A DNA stretch of 64,000 bases, taken from contig NZ_DIUM01000070.1 in the NCBI RefSeq assembly GCF_002423035.1, positions 48,056-112,055 on the forward strand, written 5' to 3'. The notes beneath the pieces were generated by a model. That model did not search any database. It was not told the origin of the DNA and worked only from the letters and a program-made list of their open reading frames with translations. This document shows positions 55,782-64,000 of this stretch, piece by piece. Position 1 is the stretch's first letter. Every line of letters starts with the position of its first letter. The position numbers were made by a program, and so were the translations under genes. This DNA is from Thiocapsa sp. UBA6158 (GTDB lineage Bacteria > Pseudomonadota > Gammaproteobacteria > Chromatiales > Chromatiaceae).

Positions 55782-56837
55782 TCAACGGCAACGCGTCGGG
55801 CGTAATCGGCTCATTCTGGCTGCAGGGAGACCGTAGGCGCAGTCATGAACGTCTTGGAGAAGGCCCAGCTCGTCCCAGGCATCCTTCGGCCAGCCTCCCG
55901 GCTCGACCCGATCACCCAGGGTCAGGTCCTGGAACACGAGGTCGAACGCCTCCGGGTCTCCCCACACGAAGCGCAGACTTCTCAAGGCATCGGGAAAGCG
56001 CGACTCCAAGAGCGAAGCGTCGCCATGGTCACCGAGCGTGTGGTCTTCCGTCTGCCGAGCGAGATGCATCGCGCGCAGCCAATTCGGAGCACCCGCAAAA
56101 CTGGACTCGGGGTCTTTCCACACCGGCGGAAGCTGCGCGATCAAGAGGTCGACAAATGTCTTGATCGCCGGTATCGGATGCTCGAATCCCAGCTCGAGAC
56201 CGAAGAGCTCAGATTGAGCAAATCCATCCAGCTTGACCCGCTCGACCGCGCGCACCCGTGCCCGCAACAAAAAGCCGGGTAGAGCATCCGCCCCGCGAAT
56301 GGAGAGACGGATGCTCTGACCAGCCTCGTAAGCCTCGAAGACGGTGATGTTCAAACGTCCGGCCGCGATCTGCTCGAGCATCTCGCGCATCGCTGCGGCA
56401 TCCTCGACCACAACCTCGAGCTCGCGCGCCAGCGCACCTGCGTCTCGGTCCTTCGAGTCGTCCGCCGCATCGAGCATCCTCAGAAGTTTTTCCAACCGGG
56501 CTTGGCTTCGTGGCGAGAGGCTCGCGAACCGCACCGCGACCTGGTGATGCCCGGACCCCAGCCGCTGCGCCCGCACGACCTCCGCGTCGATTGAAACCTT
56601 TTCACTTCCTCTCCAGGGAAACATCAAACGGAGCGTCCCGGTCAAGGAGTCGAGCGGCACATCGGCGACGAACTGCGCGCCGCCCCAGGAGATGTCCTGG
56701 TTCATCGCAGTGATCGGTTCGGAGAGTGTCGGCAAGAAGACCTGGATCGGGATGCGCACGCAAATGCGGCGCTGGGTCCGCCGGTTCGCAACCGAGGCCG
56801 GACTGTTTGGACTGGAATCCTCTGATCGCTTTGTCAT
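55782..56837 (-). CDS. PilZ domain protein with an uncharacterised C-terminal domain
   Basis: The N-terminal [12 protein letters not shown]...[11 protein letters not shown] matches the RxxxR / D-x-S-x-x-G c-di-GMP-binding PilZ motifs. The remaining 230 aa are unassigned. Confidence 0.7.
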   Translation of the reverse strand: MTKRSEDSSPNSPASVANRRTQRRICVRIPIQVFLPTLSEPITAMNQDISWGGAQFVADVPLDSLTGTLRLMFPWRGSEKVSIDAEVVRAQRLGSGHHQVAVRFASLSPRSQARLEKLLRMLDAADDSKDRDAGALARELEVVVEDAAAMREMLEQIAAGRLNITVFEAYEAGQSIRLSIRGADALPGFLLRARVRAVERVKLDGFAQSELFGLELGFEHPIPAIKTFVDLLIAQLPPVWKDPESSFAGAPNWLRAMHLARQTEDHTLGDHGDASLLESRFPDALRSLRFVWGDPEAFDLVFQDLTLGDRVEPGGWPKDAWDELGLLQDVHDCAYGLPAARMSRLRPTRCR

Positions 56838-56920
56838 TTTACACTCGAATCACAGCGCGGTTGTTTCGATACTGGTTGAACAATACACTTCGCGACTTTA
56901 CGCTGCCGATAGTCCTGCCG

Positions 56921-58642
<1,722 letters not shown>

Positions 58643-58817
58643 TTCAGGCCGCCAGCCGCCAGCGATCCTCGCGCGCTCGCGCGGGCCACGCAACACCGAA
58701 CGCCTCGCGTGCAATCCATACCGCCCCGCCGCCTCGAACGAAGCCGGAGGCAGGTGGCTGGAGGCTGGAGGCTCTCGAATCCCTGGAACCGCAAGACACA
58801 CAGGACCTCACCCGAAA

Positions 58818-59333
58818 ATGACTAAAGAAGCCTCCTTCGACCGCGATGCGCTCCTCGCCTGCGGACACGGCGAGATGTTCGGTCCCGGCAATGCCCAACT
58901 GCCCGTGCCGAATATGCTGATGATGGATCGCGTGCTGCGCATCGCCGATTTCGGCGGCGCCTACGGCAAGGGAGAGATCCTGGCCGAGCTGGATATCAAA
59001 CCCGAACTCTGGTTCTTTCAGTGCCATTTTCCCGGCGACCCGGTCATGCCAGGCTGTCTCGGACTCGATGCACTCTGGCAGCTCGTCGGCTTCTATCTCG
59101 CCTGGATCGGCAATCCGGGGCACGGCCGTGCGCTCGGCGTGGGCGAGGTCAAGTTCACCGGTCAGGTGCTCCCGACCGCAAGCAAGGTCACCTATCACAT
59201 CGACATGAAACGGGTCATCTCGCGCAAGCTGGTGCTCGGCATCGGCGACGGCGTGGTGCAGGTGGACGGGCGCACCATCTACACGGCCAAGGATCTGCGG
59301 GTGGGGCTCTTTACCTCGACCGAGGGCTTCTAA
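58818..59333 (+). CDS. fabA: 3-hydroxydecanoyl-ACP dehydratase/isomerase
   Basis: 171 aa. [12 protein letters not shown]...[25 protein letters not shown] contains the FabA active-site region. Confidence 0.95.
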   Translation: MTKEASFDRDALLACGHGEMFGPGNAQLPVPNMLMMDRVLRIADFGGAYGKGEILAELDIKPELWFFQCHFPGDPVMPGCLGLDALWQLVGFYLAWIGNPGHGRALGVGEVKFTGQVLPTASKVTYHIDMKRVISRKLVLGIGDGVVQVDGRTIYTAKDLRVGLFTSTEGF

Positions 59334-59335
59334 GG

Positions 59336-59424
59336 CTAAACCGCGTCTCGAGCGATATTCGCTCTCTCGCAGCGAGAGTAAAGGCTCAGCGGAGCCAATC
59401 CGCTCAGTGGTGGGCGCGGTTTAG
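59336..59424. repeat. 89-nt structured inverted-repeat element downstream of fabA
   Basis: A 10-bp closing stem pairs CTAAACCGCG (59336-59345) with CGCGGTTTAG (59415-59424). It encloses three short hairpins: GAGCGA-TAT-TCGCTC, TCTCG-CAG-CGAGA and GCGGA-GCCAA-TCCGC. Confidence 0.5.
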
Positions 59425-59784
59425 GATTTGAAAAGCATTTTCGGGGTCTTGGGTGCCCGCGATTTGCCTAGGGCATTTCGCGTCCGCGACCGCTTCGTAG
59501 AAGCGGCTCCGTCGCAGACGCGCCTCGTCGCCGGGATCCGCGAATACCCGCATCAGGCAGTAAGCACCGACCACCCACCCGGAGCGGGTGCGCCATGAGA
59601 TTTCCTTATGGATTGAGCGACTTCGGCAACGAGCTGCTGCTGAAGACCGCCTTCCTCGTGTTCCTGTTCAACAACCGGCTGTCCATGATGGTTTCGGAGC
59701 TGGAGACCGAGCGCGCATCTGTGGATCTCGCCCTGTGCCTGGTTTGGCGGGCGGTCGATGTCCCGGTGCGCCGATAGCCCCGGG

Positions 59785-62700
59785 TCAAAGATCCAGCCGC
59801 ATCTCCTCGGTCTCGGGCGTGCGCCTCGCCTTTGGCCGCTTCGGCTCGGCCGCGGGCAGATCCTGCCAGATCAAAGGCTTGGAAAGCCCCTCCCAGCCCC
59901 AGCGCAGCCAGTCCAGCAGACGCATCGCAAGCCAGAGTGCCCAGGCGAGCATGAGTGCGCGGTAGACCCACATGGGCACCGAGAGCACCCACACCTCCGG
60001 CAGCATCGGTCCACTGCGGTCTTGATACCAGTTGAGCGTGGTCGCGGTCGAGCCGTTCCCCATGATCTGCATCTCGGGCGTGCCGAGCAGACCCTGTTGG
60101 ACGGCACCGAGCAGGCCGGCAAGGGCGACGAGCGTCAGGACCACGAGCCCGATCTGAATGAGGTTGAAACGCCAGGCCGGACGGGCAAGCGGATCCAGGC
60201 GATGCCGAAGGCCGAGCGCGAAGAGCCATCCGATGACCAACAACACCACCAAGACCTGAGCCAGGATGAGGCCGATGCCGAGCAGGAGCCAATCGTGCAC
60301 GCGCAAGGGCGTGAGGCGGCTGCGACCCAGACCTGCGGCCAGGCCGATCAGCACCAGCAGGATGCCCCAGAAGAGCACGGCCGGCCCGATCCGCGGACCC
60401 CAGGTCCAGAGCACCCAGCGATCCTCCGGCAGGCTCAGCGAGAGATTCAGGTTGACCGCCGGGCTGCGCAGATCCGGCAGGCTTGGCCGGTAGCCGAACG
60501 TCAGCGGTCGCGCCTCGCGCCAGGTCAACTCGACACGCGTCGAGCCGGGTGTCAGCGGCAGCTCGACCTCCGGCGCCGTGTCGGGCAGCGGAAGGCTGCG
60601 GCCGTCCAGGCTGAAGGCGATCGGCTCGGCGGCGTCCGGCAGCCGAATGACATGGCTGCCGCCTTGGCTGCTGCGGATCGTCAGGGTCAGGGTCGAAAGG
60701 GTCCCGCGCTGCCCCGGCTCGACCCGCGTGTCGACGCGATCGATGGTCAAGGTCGGCCCCGGGACGCCCGGGGGTCGACTGAGGGTCAGGACAAGTGTCT
60801 CGCCCGGCAGAGGGCGCCAGTTGGGCAGCCGGCGATCGTCCGGACCCAGCCGATGGATCGGAGCAACGCCCGCGTACTCCAGATGCCAGAGCGGGCCCAC
60901 GTCGAGACGCCAATCCTCGCTGAGTCGCGGATCCATCGGGGCGATCAGGCTCAACTCGCGGGTCGGCTCCAGGCGCGACGACCAGGTCACCTCCGATCGC
61001 CCCGCGGGTAGGTCCGCGAGAACCGCTGCACCCTCGACTTGGACCCCGGGCGTTTGCACCGACTCGCCCGGCAGCAAAGGCACCGGGATCAAGACCGGAA
61101 ACGCGCTCGGCGAGAGACGCACCACACGGGTCTCCACGCGCCAGTCGATCCCCATCCGCAGGGTCCGCTCGACGCGCAGCAGCGGGGGCAGCGCGCCTTG
61201 GGCGAGCGACGCCTCATGCGGGGCGCCGGTGTCGGAGAGACGCACCAAGCGAATCTGAGCACCGGCACGCCCGCCCGCGTCCAGCCCTTCGAGGTTCCAG
61301 CCCTCGACGCTCGCACGGATCAGACGCGGCGGCAGCGGAAGCGGGATCTCGACCTGATCGCGGCTCGCCAGCGGGCCGACGAGCATGACCTCATGTCGGC
61401 CGGCAGGGAGCATGAGCAGGAGCCGACCGGCCGCGTCTTGGCGCAGTCCGTCCGAGGGCTCGCCGTCCACGCGGATCTCGGTCGGCAGCCAGCCCCCTGC
61501 CCCGCCCGGAACGGGTGCCGCGACTGCAACTGCAGCATCCAGGATCAGATCCAGGACCAGCCGATCCGGATCCGCCGCGAGGACCATGAGCGACAGATCG
61601 ACACAGTGCGGCAAACAGTCCGGCGGGGCGAGCAGACGGGTGCGCAGCTCCCCAAGCAGCTCGGCGCTCGGCAGATCCTCGGCCGAGGCAGGCTCGGTGG
61701 CGAGCGTCGTCCCCAGCCCCAGGGCGACCAGGAGGGCGAGGCTTGCGCCGTGGGTCACGCGGGCGCCGACGAGTCCGGCTAGACGTGCACCGAGCAGCAC
61801 CAGGAGAACGGCACCGAGGATCGAGAGCACCAGGTTTAAGGTCGGGGTCAGCAACCAAAGTCGTGCCGATTCCTGCTCGCCGACGGGTCCGCTCCAACGC
61901 AGCTCCACGCTGTTCCAGCGCCAGTCCGGGATGCCGGGTCCGGTTTGGAGGCGCGCATCGGGATCCATGAGATCGATGGGCTCGGGAATCGGGGTGGCGG
62001 GTTCGGACAAGGCACCGGAAAGCCGCTCGCGTTTCGACGTCGCCTCCATGTCCATCGCGCTGCGCAGCGCGAACGCAGGCGCGGGCACTGCGCTCATCCC
62101 GGTGCCCGATTCCGCGTCGCCCAAGGCCATCCAGGGACGCTCCAGGTGCGGAAAGAGCCCGTCGCGGACCTCGGTCACCAAGAACGGCAGCCCGATCACC
62201 AGCAGCCCCAGCAACGCCAGTCTGAAATAGAGTGTCGCCAGGGTCCGCAAGCGCCGCAGACCGGTGCGGACCGGAGCCTCCGGGATCAACCGCAGCAGGG
62301 CCGCGGCGGCGAGCAGGTGCAGCCAGATCAGCCGCGGCGCGCCGGGCGCCTGCCAGGTCAGACCCAACGTGAGCAGGGCAAGCAGCGCCCAACCCCAGCC
62401 CCAAATTCGACCGATACCGAGCGTCGTGATCAGCACCAGAAAAAGATCCAACAGACTCCAGCGGCCGACCCAGGTGCTCGGCAGGTTGTCGACGCCTTGG
62501 ACTGTCAAGAGATCCCAACCCGGCGGCAGATAGAGACGCGCGTCGACCTTCTCGAATTCGGTCGCCCAGCCGGAGGCCGGAACACGCCCGGGTGCGGACT
62601 CAAGCCGAGCATCGGCGATCACGTCCAGGCTGCCCCGTCTGACCTCCACCCCGGGCGATGCGGCATCGTTCAGACGTGTGATGAGCACCGGTCGACCGTC

Positions 62701-63930
62701 GACGCTCACCGCACCCAGCGCGAGTGCCGGGCCGGCGTCCAGGCGCCACCCGCGCGACAATTGACCGCCGATGCGATCCTGCACGCTGTAGCCCTTGCCG
62801 TCGAAGTCGAGCCAAAGCTCGCGATCCAGGCGCAGACGCTCCGGCCCGGGATCCGGATCCCCGCGCACCTGCTCGGTCAGACGCAGAACGCCACCCGGCT
62901 CGGCCCGATAGACCGGCAGACGCGACCACTCATCGGGGATCCCGGTCTGACGCGGATCCACGGCATCGAGTCCGGACGGCTCGACCCGCCGCAGCGCGGG
63001 TTCAGCCGCGAAGGCCCAGATCTCACGCTCCGGCCAGGGTGCGCCGGCGTCGGGGCGCGACAGCTCGGAGACATCGCCTTGGTGATGCTCCACGACATCC
63101 AGAGCCCAACGCCCGGGACGCACCTGCACCCGCAGCATCCCGTCCTCTTCGAGTCGCGCCGGCAAGGGGCTGTCGATCCGCATGGGGATCCCGCCGGGCA
63201 AGAGCACGGGGCCCAGCCGCACCTCGCGCGCGCCGCCGGACACCTCCAGTCGAAGCCGGGTCAGGACCTCGAGGGGCAGACTGTCTTGGATGCGTCGGTA
63301 GACCTCCAGGCTCAGGGGATCGCCCGAGCGCTCGGTCTGGGATCCGGTCGGGTCACCGAGCCAGAGCCGGTTGGTCCGGTCCAATCGAGGCGTCGGCACC
63401 GCACGGCCATCGCGTATCAACGCGACCAAACCGATGATGGGCGGGATCAGGAGCACGTCGGGCGAACGGTCCCAGACGAAGCGCCCGGTCACCCGGTGGA
63501 CCCCGGCGGCGAGCGTCACGGTCGGCCGGCCGTCGCGCTGAACCACCGGCAGCGCCGCCCCGTCCGCCTCGACCCCGAGCGGCCAGGCATCCGCGTCGCC
63601 CGGTAGCGGGACCGAGGACTCGGCAAGGATCTGCCAGACCTGAGAGAATGTGCCGCCCTCCCCGCTCAGCGCCAGATCCAGACGTCCGGGCCAGGCGCAG
63701 AGGCGTGCGCCGTCGGCGGGGTCGATCGGGCAGGCGCGTTGATCCTGGCCCTCCGGACCGCCTTCCAGGACCCAGTGGATCCAAGGTCGCAAGGCCGTGG
63801 GGACGGTCGGTACGGAAGGTGTTTCGGAGCCGAGCAGCCCGGAAGCGACCGGAACGGCATCGATCTGCGCCCGCAAAGGCGCCGACAGGATCAGGAGAAG
63901 CAGCAGCAGTCGTCGCGGAATGTTCGGCAT
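59785..63930 (-). CDS. 1381-aa secreted/membrane protein of unknown function with internal duplication
   Basis: Signal peptide (MPNIPRRLLLLLLILSAPLRA). It contains two copies of a module of about 500 aa soluble region followed by a TM cluster. Coding character is clean over 4.1 kb. No family recognised. Confidence 0.75.
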   Translation of the reverse strand: MPNIPRRLLLLLLILSAPLRAQIDAVPVASGLLGSETPSVPTVPTALRPWIHWVLEGGPEGQDQRACPIDPADGARLCAWPGRLDLALSGEGGTFSQVWQILAESSVPLPGDADAWPLGVEADGAALPVVQRDGRPTVTLAAGVHRVTGRFVWDRSPDVLLIPPIIGLVALIRDGRAVPTPRLDRTNRLWLGDPTGSQTERSGDPLSLEVYRRIQDSLPLEVLTRLRLEVSGGAREVRLGPVLLPGGIPMRIDSPLPARLEEDGMLRVQVRPGRWALDVVEHHQGDVSELSRPDAGAPWPEREIWAFAAEPALRRVEPSGLDAVDPRQTGIPDEWSRLPVYRAEPGGVLRLTEQVRGDPDPGPERLRLDRELWLDFDGKGYSVQDRIGGQLSRGWRLDAGPALALGAVSVDGRPVLITRLNDAASPGVEVRRGSLDVIADARLESAPGRVPASGWATEFEKVDARLYLPPGWDLLTVQGVDNLPSTWVGRWSLLDLFLVLITTLGIGRIWGWGWALLALLTLGLTWQAPGAPRLIWLHLLAAAALLRLIPEAPVRTGLRRLRTLATLYFRLALLGLLVIGLPFLVTEVRDGLFPHLERPWMALGDAESGTGMSAVPAPAFALRSAMDMEATSKRERLSGALSEPATPIPEPIDLMDPDARLQTGPGIPDWRWNSVELRWSGPVGEQESARLWLLTPTLNLVLSILGAVLLVLLGARLAGLVGARVTHGASLALLVALGLGTTLATEPASAEDLPSAELLGELRTRLLAPPDCLPHCVDLSLMVLAADPDRLVLDLILDAAVAVAAPVPGGAGGWLPTEIRVDGEPSDGLRQDAAGRLLLMLPAGRHEVMLVGPLASRDQVEIPLPLPPRLIRASVEGWNLEGLDAGGRAGAQIRLVRLSDTGAPHEASLAQGALPPLLRVERTLRMGIDWRVETRVVRLSPSAFPVLIPVPLLPGESVQTPGVQVEGAAVLADLPAGRSEVTWSSRLEPTRELSLIAPMDPRLSEDWRLDVGPLWHLEYAGVAPIHRLGPDDRRLPNWRPLPGETLVLTLSRPPGVPGPTLTIDRVDTRVEPGQRGTLSTLTLTIRSSQGGSHVIRLPDAAEPIAFSLDGRSLPLPDTAPEVELPLTPGSTRVELTWREARPLTFGYRPSLPDLRSPAVNLNLSLSLPEDRWVLWTWGPRIGPAVLFWGILLVLIGLAAGLGRSRLTPLRVHDWLLLGIGLILAQVLVVLLVIGWLFALGLRHRLDPLARPAWRFNLIQIGLVVLTLVALAGLLGAVQQGLLGTPEMQIMGNGSTATTLNWYQDRSGPMLPEVWVLSVPMWVYRALMLAWALWLAMRLLDWLRWGWEGLSKPLIWQDLPAAEPKRPKARRTPETEEMRLDL

Positions 63931-64000
63931 ATTGTTACAAGAAAGTAAGGGTCTTTCTGTAGATTGCGCCGTGCCGTTCGGAAAGTACCCGACACCTCTG

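Noticed and set aside
59595-59777. 60-aa ORF (MRFPYGLSDFGNELLLKTAF...) that faintly resembles the N-terminus of AAA-ATPase-like/PD-(D/E)XK (DUF1703-type) proteins.
   Set aside because: It is too short and the similarity is limited to about 12 residues. It is most likely a chance ORF or a tiny remnant and cannot be supported without a database search.

Overview
High-GC (about 65%) gammaproteobacterial chromosome segment. The gene content is reminiscent of Chromatiales-type sulfur bacteria, but that is only a taxonomic guess.

Most of the window is housekeeping:
- adhC (partial) and a glnS/DinB-like/UDG operon
- an alpha-glucan cluster (GH57, DUF4912, glgX)
- an MFS transporter, aroC and tolC
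- a hybrid histidine kinase translationally coupled to a REC-PAS-GGDEF-hemerythrin protein
- an orphan cytoplasmic molybdoenzyme and an osmoprotectant ABC transporter
- uvrC-pgsA-tRNA-Gly
- an NO-stress cluster (nnrS; HPP/dihaem cytochrome c/YgbA-like) with two FNR/Dnr-type boxes
- moaB-moeA-moaD, ilvBN-ilvC, proS and fabA
- a 1381-aa internally duplicated membrane protein

The accessory region spans 27.9-42.0 kb and has three parts:
- a graveyard of decayed mobile or defence-type genes (AlbA_2/Schlafen-type regulator, Fic, an IS110 fragment, VapB)
- a (GCTTTTGA)x11 microsatellite grown out of a terminator tail
- an 11.8-kb integrative element inserted in tRNA-Gly(GCC), bounded by a perfect 47-bp direct repeat

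The element encodes a tyrosine integrase and a 950-aa Prim-Pol/PriCT-2/P-loop replicase. It has two clusters of GTCGGGAAG iterons 6.4 kb apart and an NrdR-type zinc-ribbon protein without an ATP-cone. It also carries about 16 small same-strand ORFs, many SD-preceded or translationally coupled, that I cannot assign to any family. It has no virion, lysis or conjugation genes. I read it as a phage-satellite-like (P4/PICI-style) element with uncharacterised cargo, and it is the best candidate for a new system here.

All family assignments come from motif recognition by eye. No database search was run.
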